Shown here: positions 46,867 through 56,861 of the stretch, piece after piece
Numbering within the stretch: position 1 is the first letter of the stretch
Layout of the letters: each line of letters begins with the position of its first letter
Assembly: GCA_964460535.1 (NCBI GenBank)
Contig: CAYWQI010000001.1
Location: forward strand, 26,856 to 90,855
From: Candidatus Woesearchaeota archaeon
GTDB taxonomy: Archaea > Nanobdellota > Nanobdellia > Pacearchaeales > GW2011-AR1
DNA length: 64,000 nt
Reading direction: 5' to 3'
Translations under genes and position numbers: made by a program
Notes under the pieces: model-generated
The model's input: only the letters and a program-made list of their open reading frames with translations
What the model was told of the DNA's origin: nothing
Databases searched by the model: none

Positions 46867-48834
46867 TTAATTATTTCCCATATCCTTTAATTTTTTAAGA
46901 ACATCATCAATTTCAGAAGATTTTTTCTTTGGTTGAGGTTTTGGAGGACTCTGAGTAGGTCTATTTCTATTTGGATTAGGAATCATTCTTCCTTGCCCTT
47001 GTAATTGAACTCTTGAACTTGGACCAGGAGCATTTTTGTATCTATTATTTGGATTATTTCTATTGTTTGGGAATTGTTTTTTATTTTTCTTATTTTTAAT
47101 CTTGTTTTTTAATTGTTTAAATTTTGTTTTTGTTTTATACCAATAAGGTCTAAGTCTGTCTCTAAAGATAATTGCTAAAACAACAAGCACTATTAGTAAT
47201 AACAACAAGATTATCCAAAACCATAACCATCCTCCCCCATCTTCTTTTTCAACACAACAAGTTTCACTAATTGAATCACATTCATAATCAACTTCTTTTT
47301 CACCATCTGCACAACCAAAACTACAGATTCCTCCTTCTATTTCACATTCATTTTGTTCATCAACAACAATTTCTTCACAACTTCCTCCTCCAACACAACA
47401 AGTCTCACCAGAAAGAGTATCTGAAGCTTCTTCTATTCTTCCTTCAGTACATTTTTCTTCATCTCCACAAATAATTCCTCCTTGAGCTTCACAAGTTGGA
47501 GTTGTTTTTGGTTTATCACAACAAACATAACTTCCTGCACATGTTTGTCCAGAAATTTCTTCACCTCCAGCTTCCTGACAATCCATACTTGACAAACAAT
47601 AATTTCCTTGTTCTTCACAATCAATAACATCACTAGACGAACCTTGATTTTCCTGAGGCCATACAGAGATTAAAACAAATGAAGTATCTCTTATATTTTG
47701 ATTATTCCAACATCCTCCTTCTTCTTGAACATCAAGTAACCAAGATTTTGAATTTCCTTTTTCTGCAGGATTTTCATAAATAAAAGGATAAAGTGCAAGA
47801 GAAGTATCATAAAACTTGCTATTTCCAGAACCAGATTCCCAATATTGGTCTGATTTTTGTTCAAGCAAAAGAGTATTTCTAAAATCATCATATCCTGTTA
47901 AAAAATACAAAAATGCTTCTGGAAGATACTGGTTATTTGATTCTTCTAATGCAATTAAATAAGGATAAAATTTTTCAACTTCTTCTTTATTATCTGTTGA
48001 ACTTAATGCCATTGCAGACCATAAACTTCCTTCATAATCACAACCTGTTTGACTTGGAGATGAAAAACAATATGAATTTACTTCTTCAGTTGTTGTTCCT
48101 TCTGCAGATGAACTTTGTATTTTATCTGAAACATGAATTATTGAAGAACCTGATTTTTTAAATAAAAGATTTGTAGTAAAACTTTTATCACAACTAACCT
48201 TAATTTCCTTGTCATAACAATTATCTGAAACTCTTAACCAGTATCTATCTGAACTTAAACTTAAGCAAGTTCCAGCTGAAGAGCTTATTTTTTTATCTTC
48301 TCCAATCTTTACATTGTAATTTTCCTCATCATAAGAAATTTTACAACTTGTTTCTTCAGAACTTTCTATTTGTAAATACCAGAATATTTCATTAGGAGTT
48401 TGTTTATTATCTAATAACCAATTTTCATAAACCTCTGTATTTTCTGAATTTGCTCTTAAAGCTAAAATTGCTTGAGCAGTTGTTTTTATATCACATTCAC
48501 CTCCATCTGAATTTACTGACCAACATTCAGAATTTTGTCTATCAGATAATAAAGAATTCTTGCAGTTTCCATTTGCCCACAATGAAAAAATCTTTTGTTC
48601 AACACTTAAACTTTCACATCCTTTTTCATTAACTTCTTTATCAAGACAAGAATATGCTTTATCAATCAAATCTTCTTCATTAACAGAACCATCAAGAGAA
48701 ATATCACTTTCTGAACTTCCAGAACTTATTGTTTCATTAGAAGTATTTTCACTTTCATTATCTGCAACCATAAATGGAATTGCAAATATAAAAAATAAAA
48801 TCAAGATACATGAAATAATTCTCCTCTTTTGCAT
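46867..48834 (-). CDS. cell-surface protein with Cys-rich repeats and C-terminal TM
   Basis: Signal peptide, WLLDVQEEGGCW (alpha/alpha-toroid-like), three Cys modules, TM, basic/Pro tail. Confidence 0.7.
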   Translation of the reverse strand: MQKRRIISCILILFFIFAIPFMVADNESENTSNETISSGSSESDISLDGSVNEEDLIDKAYSCLDKEVNEKGCESLSVEQKIFSLWANGNCKNSLLSDRQNSECWSVNSDGGECDIKTTAQAILALRANSENTEVYENWLLDNKQTPNEIFWYLQIESSEETSCKISYDEENYNVKIGEDKKISSSAGTCLSLSSDRYWLRVSDNCYDKEIKVSCDKSFTTNLLFKKSGSSIIHVSDKIQSSSAEGTTTEEVNSYCFSSPSQTGCDYEGSLWSAMALSSTDNKEEVEKFYPYLIALEESNNQYLPEAFLYFLTGYDDFRNTLLLEQKSDQYWESGSGNSKFYDTSLALYPFIYENPAEKGNSKSWLLDVQEEGGCWNNQNIRDTSFVLISVWPQENQGSSSDVIDCEEQGNYCLSSMDCQEAGGEEISGQTCAGSYVCCDKPKTTPTCEAQGGIICGDEEKCTEGRIEEASDTLSGETCCVGGGSCEEIVVDEQNECEIEGGICSFGCADGEKEVDYECDSISETCCVEKEDGGGWLWFWIILLLLLIVLVVLAIIFRDRLRPYWYKTKTKFKQLKNKIKNKKNKKQFPNNRNNPNNRYKNAPGPSSRVQLQGQGRMIPNPNRNRPTQSPPKPQPKKKSSEIDDVLKKLKDMGNN

Positions 48835-48878
48835 GTATTATATTAATATTAGATGTTTTTAAATTATTTGGTTTTTAG

Positions 48879-49098
48879 TAATTAGTAACACTTGAGGTTC
48901 TACTTGATAATTTCCTGCTTAGCAGATTTAATAAAATAATTAATATCATTAGATTTTCTTGGATATATGTGCCTTTAAATCCATTATTATTAAAAAATGT
49001 CTCTATACCTTACTATATTTAAGCTCTGAAAATTTTTAGAATTAATTTTTTTCAGGGAAAGTATTTAGTTTTATTTTTGTATTTAATGTTACTAGATA
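48879..49098 (+). repeat. dispersed 220-bp intergenic repeat with TIRs
   Basis: Ends TAATTAGTAACAC / ATGTTACTAGATA; right half nearly matches the 37823 copy. Confidence 0.85.
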
Positions 49099-49138
49099 CG
49101 GTTTTTAAAATAAGAATTATTTAGAGTATTAATTTAAA

Positions 49139-49822
49139 TTATAATATCATAGGCCAGAATCTTTCTCTAAGTTCTAGAAGGGTTTTAGTTGCTTGTCCTT
49201 TTCCTTTGAAATTTTTCATAAGTAATTTTTTTATTTCATCTAACTTTAAATCTCTAGATACTAAAGAATAAAACATTCTATCTCCCAAACCATACCCTTG
49301 AGAATGTATTAAAAATTCAGATAAAATATCATCATCAATATCTCTTAAAGGCTCCAGAGCATCTTGAATGTTTATTTTTTTAAGAGATAATTCAAGATAA
49401 TCAGGATATTTATGATAAGGGTTTTTTCTTGAAGGGTCTAGAATTTTAGAACCAAGAAAACCAAACATCTCAATTAAAGAATTAACTGCAAACCAATCTT
49501 GTTTAGTTTTATTTGCAAGAGTAATCCTTGAATTTCTAAGATGAAAACAATGAGAAGCCTCTTCATTTAAAGCATAATTCTCATCTTTATTTAATATAAT
49601 AACATTTGGCCTATATAGATATATACTGCCTCCTTTTTTTTGACATGAAACAACTTCTTCCCTATATCTTTCAGGAAGAAACAAATCATTAAAATTTCCT
49701 AACTTTCCAAGCCATCTTACTTCAGGATACGAATCAACTTCTAATCCAAATTCTTCTTCTAAATCATTAAGGGCTTCATAAGTTTTCCTTTCTAATATTT
49801 CTTGTTTCTCTATAAATCTCAT
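49139..49822 (-). CDS. hypothetical protein
   Basis: 227-aa ORF with EEASHCFH (zincin-like) motif. Confidence 0.6.
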   Translation of the reverse strand: MRFIEKQEILERKTYEALNDLEEEFGLEVDSYPEVRWLGKLGNFNDLFLPERYREEVVSCQKKGGSIYLYRPNVIILNKDENYALNEEASHCFHLRNSRITLANKTKQDWFAVNSLIEMFGFLGSKILDPSRKNPYHKYPDYLELSLKKINIQDALEPLRDIDDDILSEFLIHSQGYGLGDRMFYSLVSRDLKLDEIKKLLMKNFKGKGQATKTLLELRERFWPMIL

Positions 49823-51433
49823 TTATTTTTTCCTTTGAAATTTTTTAGCATTCTTCACACCTTTTTTTCTTCCTTTCTTATTTCCAACTTGTCCCCAATT
49901 TCTTTTTTTCCCTCTTAAACTTTTTCTTATCATTAAACTTACAGGATTTTTAGCTCTTAATTCTTCTTCTGTTGGAATAATTCCAATTCCTCTATAATAA
50001 TCTTTATCATAATTTGGTGGAAGAACTGGTTTATTTCTATAAGCCCAGGATAATTGGCTTTGAACATATCCTTTTTTTAAAGGAATTTCATTTTTTTCAT
50101 TCCATTCATAAATCTTTTTTTCAAGAATCTCTTTATCCATTCCAATTCCTCTAAAAAAATTAATTAAAACAAACAATCCTCTTTTTCTTCCATCTCTCAT
50201 TCCCTGAAGTATTTTTTTAATTGATTCAGGAAATTTTTTCTCATCAATACTCTCTAATTTTATTGGTTTGAAGTTTGCATATTTTCCACTTATTTTTTCT
50301 TCTTCACCACTAAAAGAATTTTCCTTACTCCAGTCAAGTGCTTCAAGAACAAGTTCTTTTGCTTCTTCATCTTCAGAATTAGGCATGAAATTTCTTGGAG
50401 AAACTTTAATTGGATTAGCATCTTTTAATTCAAATGTATCAATCTCTTTTTCATTAAGAACAACACTTGCGAGAGCAGTTTTTTCATGTAAACTATAAGG
50501 CATTCTAAACAAGTGTCTTGAAGATACTAAAACAAGGTCTAATCCCATAAGTTCAAACAAGTCAATTTCTTCATATTTTGAAAAATTTTCAGGATTTTTG
50601 TTAGAATCCTTTTTACATTTTTCACACTTGTAAAATTCTTTTTTTGAAATAACTTCTGTTCTTTTATTGCATGAAGGGCATTTAAATTCTGAAGCTAAAT
50701 TATCTTTTGAAAATTTTCTTTGTTCTCCAATCTTGCATCTATTACAAAATAATTCAATTTCAATATACTCGCTTGCAATTTCACTACAAGCATTGCATTT
50801 GATTCCTCTTTTTATATTAGTATTTTTAAATTGTTCATAAAAATCAGAAGGTAATAGTTTTTTAATTTCTTTTTCAGCCTCTGTTCTTATAAAAGAAACT
50901 ATTATCCTAGGAATTTCAGGAAACAAATTCTTAGTTTCTTGTTTTCCAACAAATTTAGGAAATGCTTTCCATGGAATTAGAATATGAAATCCCTTGCTTC
51001 CAGAAAATTTAATTCCAATATTTTTGATTTTATATCTTTTTAATACATTTATAATTGACTTTGCTGCAAGTCTTGAATAATCAAACCATTTACAATCAAT
51101 ATCAATAAGTAAATCCCAACCAACTCTTATGCTATTTGCTTGTTCTTCAGTTTGTCCTGTTTGTATTTTTAAAGGATCTTCCCACAATTCTTCAGAACAA
51201 TGAAAACTTGTAGCACCTTTTTTAACAAGTTCAAAAATATCTCCAGGAAAATTAAACATATCAGGCCTTTTTCCAAACCCTTGGAAGTATTGAGGACTTA
51301 TTTCTCTATTTTGAGAAAAATCAAAAATTGCTTTTTGTATATCCTTTCTTGAATAATACATTTGTGTTATTTTTCTAATTCTTTTCTCTTTATGGCTTTT
51401 AATGCAACCTTCTTGTTTATTCTTTTCTTCCAT
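49823..51433 (-). CDS. fused DNA primase PriS-PriL with Zn-ribbon insertion
   Basis: GWDLLIDID, FSGSKGFH, RHLFRMPYSLH (PriS), then FPESI...DGRKRGLFVLINF (PriL-like). Confidence 0.88.
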   Translation of the reverse strand: MEEKNKQEGCIKSHKEKRIRKITQMYYSRKDIQKAIFDFSQNREISPQYFQGFGKRPDMFNFPGDIFELVKKGATSFHCSEELWEDPLKIQTGQTEEQANSIRVGWDLLIDIDCKWFDYSRLAAKSIINVLKRYKIKNIGIKFSGSKGFHILIPWKAFPKFVGKQETKNLFPEIPRIIVSFIRTEAEKEIKKLLPSDFYEQFKNTNIKRGIKCNACSEIASEYIEIELFCNRCKIGEQRKFSKDNLASEFKCPSCNKRTEVISKKEFYKCEKCKKDSNKNPENFSKYEEIDLFELMGLDLVLVSSRHLFRMPYSLHEKTALASVVLNEKEIDTFELKDANPIKVSPRNFMPNSEDEEAKELVLEALDWSKENSFSGEEEKISGKYANFKPIKLESIDEKKFPESIKKILQGMRDGRKRGLFVLINFFRGIGMDKEILEKKIYEWNEKNEIPLKKGYVQSQLSWAYRNKPVLPPNYDKDYYRGIGIIPTEEELRAKNPVSLMIRKSLRGKKRNWGQVGNKKGRKKGVKNAKKFQRKK

Positions 51434-51539
51434 ATACTTTTAATGAAATCAGACTTTAAAGGGTTTGTTGTGTTAAACTCCTAGAAAGTACATTATTGAA
51501 CACCAAAATATTTATAACCAGGAATATTCATGTAATAAT

Positions 51540-52274
51540 ATGAAACTCAAATTTTCAAATCCTGGAGAACTATCAAAAGCAATTGATTTAATTTCAGAAT
51601 TAGTAACTGAAGTCAAGATTAATGTTTCTGAAGCAGGGCTTGGAATAACTGCAATGGATCCTGCAAATGTTGCTATGGTGAATTTTAAAATACCTAAGTC
51701 TAGTTTTTCTGAATTTGAAATTTCTGAAGGAGAATCTTCAGAACCTTTAGGAGTTAATCTTGATAATCTCAAAAGAATCTTAAAACGTTGTTCTTCTAAG
51801 AGCCAGTTGATAATTGAAAAAGATGAAAATTCTTTATTAATAAAAATCCAAGACAAAATTCAGAGAAATTTTACACTTGCTCTTTTAGATGTAGATGTTG
51901 AAGACAAATCTCCTCCAAATCTTGAATACACAGCAAATATAGAGATTTTTTCACAGGATTTGATTGATAGTATAGAGGATTGTGCAGTTGTATCAGATGC
52001 TTGTAGTTTTATTGTTGAAGATAATAAATTTATAATTGAAGCAAAAGAATTAAACACCACAAGGTCAGAATTTTCAGGAGATGAAGTAACAATACAAGCA
52101 GAAAATTGTAAATCAAGATATAGTTTAGAATATCTACAAAAATTTATGAAAGGAGCAAAACTTTGTGAAAAAACAATATTAAAGTTTGCAAACGAACATC
52201 CATTAAGAATAGAATTTAAAACTCCAAATTTAGAAATATTTTTTATACTTGCTCCCAGAGTTGAGACAGAGTAA
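51540..52274 (+). CDS. pcn: proliferating cell nuclear antigen
   Basis: AMDPANVAMV, SRYSLEYL, FILAPRVE. Confidence 0.96.
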   Translation: MKLKFSNPGELSKAIDLISELVTEVKINVSEAGLGITAMDPANVAMVNFKIPKSSFSEFEISEGESSEPLGVNLDNLKRILKRCSSKSQLIIEKDENSLLIKIQDKIQRNFTLALLDVDVEDKSPPNLEYTANIEIFSQDLIDSIEDCAVVSDACSFIVEDNKFIIEAKELNTTRSEFSGDEVTIQAENCKSRYSLEYLQKFMKGAKLCEKTILKFANEHPLRIEFKTPNLEIFFILAPRVETE

Positions 52275-52363
52275 GTGACAATGATATATTCTAAATCCAA
52301 GGAATCCAATAACTTCAAAATAAAAGTAATTAGATTTATAAATCCTTTTTTCTTGAATAAATC

Positions 52364-55105
52364 ATGAAAAAAGAGGCATTAGTTTTGACATTATTAGTTG
52401 TTTTAGTATCACTTTTTTTAGTAAGTGCAGATTTTGAAAAAGGAAGCAAGGTTTATTCCTTAAATGCAACAAAATATATTCAGGAAGGAAATGTAAAAGG
52501 ATGGGTAAATTTAAGTTTTAATAATGAATCTTCAGAAAACATTTTTGAGGATAATAATGGAAATGAAATTTCATTAGGAAAATTACTCTCTTTAAATAAT
52601 CTTGATCAATATTGCACAATTCCAAATTGTGGAAAGACATACTCTTCTTCAAATCCAGAACAAACAAAAACTTTTTCCTTAAGTTCAGGACAAGAAAAAA
52701 TAATTGGTTTTAAATTAAGTGGGGATGTTCAGGCTGTAAATAATATTGAATTCACTATAGAAAGTGATGCTTCAGAATCTTGTAAAAGTCAATTTGAAAT
52801 TGATTTTTTAAATCAAGAACAAACAATTTTAACTAATAATCTTGCTTCAGATAATGTTTGTTCTACTTCTCCAAGATGTTTTGATTCTTCTCAAGGAATT
52901 GAAGAAAAAATTCTTAAAGAGGATTCTGAAATTTATTGTGATAAAGTAACAATTTCTTCTTCTCCAGGTTTAAAACTAGGAGCATGGTTAAAAAATACAA
53001 ATTCAGCAGATGGAACTATTAATTTATATCTAAAAGATAATCAAGGAAACCCTTTATTTAATGAAGGAGAAAGTGAAGTTTTTTGTGAAATTCAAGCTTC
53101 TGAAATAACAGATTCTGGAGAAGAATATTTTTGCGAGGTTAATTATTCGATTAAAGAAGAAAAAGATTATTATGTTTGTGTTGATTATTCTGGAGATGAA
53201 GAATTAAGATTAAGAGCAAATTCAGATTCAGAACAAGATTGTGGATATTATGGAAACATTAATGACAAAACAAGAGCCTATGATTTTGTTGCAAAAGAAA
53301 TGGGTTATGCACAACCTCTTTCTATAAATATAACAGATGAACAAGGAAGTTATGAAAGTCTTTCTTCTGAAGTTTATAATTATCTAATAAATAGATATTC
53401 TCTAAATTGTTCAAATTCAGAATGTTTTGTTCCATTAAAAATAAAATCAAATACAAATCAAGAATTAACAATAACAGACCTTGTTGTAAATTATGATTCT
53501 CCTGAACCTTCAGAAACAAGCACATTATATGATTTAAACAAAACATCCTCAAAAGTAAATTCAGGATTCATTAAAATAAACCTTGATAATGGAAATTTTA
53601 CTCTTCCAGGTTCTCCAGCTTCAGGAGCTTATGAATTTATTTTAGATTACAATGAAGCAAACTTATTTACAGAAAATTTAACAATTGTAGGTAAGGTTGA
53701 AATTAATTATCTTCTTCCACAAAAAACTTTCAATTCCTATCCTACAAATTTTGAAGCAAATATAGAAAGTAATAATAAATCAATTTCTAAGTATTATTGG
53801 GAATTTGGAGATGGAAACAATAAAACAACAAATTCAAATAAAGTAACACACACATATAATGAAACAGGAAAATATACTTTAATTTTAACAATAACTGATG
53901 AAGATGGAATAAAAAATTCAAAAAATTTTGAAATCCAGGTTGGTTCAGCAAGTGAAATTTTAGAACAAGAATTAAATCAAACTCAAAATAATTTAGAAAA
54001 TCTAAAAAACAAGATAAATGAGTATTCAGGTTTTTACAAATCTGAACTTCAGAGAATTTTAAATATTACAGGAAATGAAAACAAACTCTCTTCTCTTCAA
54101 GAGGATTTTATTAAAGCAAGTTTTGAACAAGATTATGTTGATATAATGAATGATTTTTTAGGATTATATGTTCCAGAAACATTTGTTACAACATATGTAA
54201 AAGACCAAATAACTTTTGTTACAGATAAAAATAATGTAGATATAGAAGTTTTAGAAAAAATTTCAAATTCTCAATTAGAAGAATATTCAAGTGATAAGAT
54301 TAAAAAAGCAGTAGAGAGTTTTGGAATTTCAGGAATCAATTCAAAAATCTCTTTTAAGGTATTTTCTTATAAAGAGAAGGATTATCTTGGAAATTTAATT
54401 ACAATCTATGAACTTGATATTTCAAGATTAGATTCTTCTGATACTCTTTATGTTGTTTTTTCAGATAATTCAATAAATACTCCTGAACAATCTTCTGTTT
54501 CAGAAACAGGAGAAAAATATATTGAAATTTCTCCTGAAGAAAATTCAAAAACAATCTATTTTTCAACAACTCAAGACTTGATTGATCCAAAACAATCTCC
54601 AGTCTTTATTTCACCTTCCTTAGAGAATCTTGAAATTTCTAGGGATATTAATCCTTCTCAGGTTGAAGATAATTTTAATTGGGTCTTGTTTTGGTTAATT
54701 TTATTAATTCTTCTTTTAATTGCAATTGGAATTTATATTTTTCTTCAAGAATGGTATAAAAGAAAATATGAAGACTATTTATTCAAAGGAAGAAACAACA
54801 TGTATAATCTTATTAATTATGTCTCTGTTTCAAAAGAAAAAGGAAAAAAGAATAAAGAGATTATTGAACATCTGAAAAAAGCAGGATGGAATAAAGAACA
54901 AATTAATTATGTCATGAGAAAATATCATGGAAAAAGAACAGGAATGTTAGAAATTCCAGTTGAAGGAATAATTAATTTTTTCAACAAAAATTCAAAAAAA
55001 TCCCATAAAACACCTAAAACAAAAAACAATAAAACAAACATGAAACCCCAGAAAAGCCAAAATTTTCCTAAAAAACACAAATCTTTTTTTAATAACTCTC
55101 ATTAA
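52364..55105 (+). CDS. large PKD-domain cell-surface protein
   Basis: Signal peptide, YYWEFGDG...HTYNETGKYTLILTITD (PKD), C-terminal TM. Confidence 0.8.
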   Translation: MKKEALVLTLLVVLVSLFLVSADFEKGSKVYSLNATKYIQEGNVKGWVNLSFNNESSENIFEDNNGNEISLGKLLSLNNLDQYCTIPNCGKTYSSSNPEQTKTFSLSSGQEKIIGFKLSGDVQAVNNIEFTIESDASESCKSQFEIDFLNQEQTILTNNLASDNVCSTSPRCFDSSQGIEEKILKEDSEIYCDKVTISSSPGLKLGAWLKNTNSADGTINLYLKDNQGNPLFNEGESEVFCEIQASEITDSGEEYFCEVNYSIKEEKDYYVCVDYSGDEELRLRANSDSEQDCGYYGNINDKTRAYDFVAKEMGYAQPLSINITDEQGSYESLSSEVYNYLINRYSLNCSNSECFVPLKIKSNTNQELTITDLVVNYDSPEPSETSTLYDLNKTSSKVNSGFIKINLDNGNFTLPGSPASGAYEFILDYNEANLFTENLTIVGKVEINYLLPQKTFNSYPTNFEANIESNNKSISKYYWEFGDGNNKTTNSNKVTHTYNETGKYTLILTITDEDGIKNSKNFEIQVGSASEILEQELNQTQNNLENLKNKINEYSGFYKSELQRILNITGNENKLSSLQEDFIKASFEQDYVDIMNDFLGLYVPETFVTTYVKDQITFVTDKNNVDIEVLEKISNSQLEEYSSDKIKKAVESFGISGINSKISFKVFSYKEKDYLGNLITIYELDISRLDSSDTLYVVFSDNSINTPEQSSVSETGEKYIEISPEENSKTIYFSTTQDLIDPKQSPVFISPSLENLEISRDINPSQVEDNFNWVLFWLILLILLLIAIGIYIFLQEWYKRKYEDYLFKGRNNMYNLINYVSVSKEKGKKNKEIIEHLKKAGWNKEQINYVMRKYHGKRTGMLEIPVEGIINFFNKNSKKSHKTPKTKNNKTNMKPQKSQNFPKKHKSFFNNSH

Positions 55106-55169
55106 AACAAATATTTTAATCCAAAATCAAAACAAAAACCTTTATAAATAAATCTTTTGATATTCTCTT

Positions 55170-55433
55170 ATGGAAATTAAAATATTAAATTCAGATAAAA
55201 ATTCTATTGAAGTAGAATTAGAAGAAATAACTCTAGCAGAAGTTTTAAGAACATATCTTAATCAAGACAAGAATGTTGATTTTGCAGCATGGAAAAGAGA
55301 ACACATAACAAAAAATCCAATATTAAAAATAGAAACCTCTTCTGGAACAGCAAAAAAAGCACTTCAAGATGCAATTAAGTCTGTTGTTAAGGATTTAGAT
55401 AAAATTGAAAAAGATTTTGCTTCAATGAAATAA
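55170..55433 (+). CDS. rpoL: RNA polymerase subunit L (Rpo11)
   Basis: TLAEVLRTYL...VDFAAWKREH...PILKIET. Confidence 0.85.
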   Translation: MEIKILNSDKNSIEVELEEITLAEVLRTYLNQDKNVDFAAWKREHITKNPILKIETSSGTAKKALQDAIKSVVKDLDKIEKDFASMK

Positions 55434-55516
55434 TTTTGTATAAAATAAATCTAGATAATCTTTTATAATTTTTATATAACAATAATCCTTATTAAGTCTC
55501 AATCCAAGATTATTTT

Positions 55517-56284
55517 ATGGTACTTTCAAGAAACTCAAAAAAAATTTCAACAGGAAGTTATGATTTTAATACCTGGCTTTGTGGAGGATATGAAACAGAT
55601 GTTATTTCCATGATAGCAGGACCTCCTGGAAGCGGTAAGACAAATTTTTCTATTCTAGCAGCATGTAGTCAAGCAAGAAAAAACAACAAAGTTTTATTTA
55701 TAGATACTGAAGGAGGATTTTCTGTTGAAAGAGTAAAACAAATTGTAGGAGAAGATAAATTAGATAGGATTCTTTCTAATATTTTGGTTTTACAACCAAC
55801 AAGTTTTTCTGAACAAAAACAAACTTTTGAAAAACTTCAATCTAAAATAAAAACAGGACATATTGGTTTAATTGTTATTGATGGAATGGCAATGCTTTAT
55901 AGATTAGAACTTGGAGATGCTATTAAAACAAAAGATGATGAAAAAATTAGAGAAGTAAACAGGGAAGTTGCAAAACAAATGAGAACTCTCGCAGAAATAT
56001 CAAGAAAACAAAAAATACCTATTTTAATAACAAATCAGGTTTACAAGGATTTTGTTAAAAGAGATGAAAGTGCAAATAATAATAAGGATAATCAAGTTGA
56101 AATGCAAAAATTTAATATTGTAGGAGGAGATTTATTTAAATACTGGAGCAAATGTATAATTCAACTTGAAAATGGAATTCTTGGAAAAAAGAAAGCCAGG
56201 CTTCTTAAACATCGTTCATTACCTGAAAAAGAAATAGGATTTGTAATAAAAGACAAGGGATTATTTAAAAAAGGGTTGATATGA
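55517..56284 (+). CDS. radB: DNA repair protein RadB
   Basis: GPPGSGKT, IDTEGGFS, TNQVY, C-terminal KHR motif. Confidence 0.92.
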   Translation: MVLSRNSKKISTGSYDFNTWLCGGYETDVISMIAGPPGSGKTNFSILAACSQARKNNKVLFIDTEGGFSVERVKQIVGEDKLDRILSNILVLQPTSFSEQKQTFEKLQSKIKTGHIGLIVIDGMAMLYRLELGDAIKTKDDEKIREVNREVAKQMRTLAEISRKQKIPILITNQVYKDFVKRDESANNNKDNQVEMQKFNIVGGDLFKYWSKCIIQLENGILGKKKARLLKHRSLPEKEIGFVIKDKGLFKKGLI

Positions 56285-56315
56285 GTTAGAATTTTCAATT
56301 AACTTTTTTGTTCTT

Positions 56316-56756
56316 TTAAGGAAATTCTTCAATAAATCTTTTCTTTTCTTTTTCAATTCGCACATCCTCTTTCCATCTTTGTTTTAAATTTTTTCCAAAA
56401 TCTTTAATAAAATCTTGAAATGCAAAATAAAGTTTATCAGAATATCTCCAACTATCCCTCTCATTATCATAAAATTCAATTCTTATAGGAGTTATATCAT
56501 TTCCTCCAAAACTCTTATAAATATATTCTTTTCCAAGACACATTGAAACAATTCTTTGATTTACAACATACAAAAACTCATCTCCTTTTTGTTTTCTATC
56601 AGTAATTTCTTCATCAAAAGGCAAACTCTGTTTATTAAACTCAGTATAAGAATCATTTAATATTTCATTTGCAGATTCTTCTGCAATCTTTCCAATATTT
56701 AATAATCTTTCTAAATCATTTCTATTATAAATACGTCTTAATTCTTTCATATACAA
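56316..56756 (-). CDS. hypothetical protein
   Basis: 146-aa ORF. Confidence 0.55.
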   Translation of the reverse strand: MYMKELRRIYNRNDLERLLNIGKIAEESANEILNDSYTEFNKQSLPFDEEITDRKQKGDEFLYVVNQRIVSMCLGKEYIYKSFGGNDITPIRIEFYDNERDSWRYSDKLYFAFQDFIKDFGKNLKQRWKEDVRIEKEKKRFIEEFP

Positions 56757-56861
56757 TCAAATAATTCAAACTTCTTAAAGATTATTGTGCTTAAATATAT
56801 AATTCATAACTTCTTAAACGTGATAATATATTATTATAAACTTGCTTTACTTTGTTTTTTT

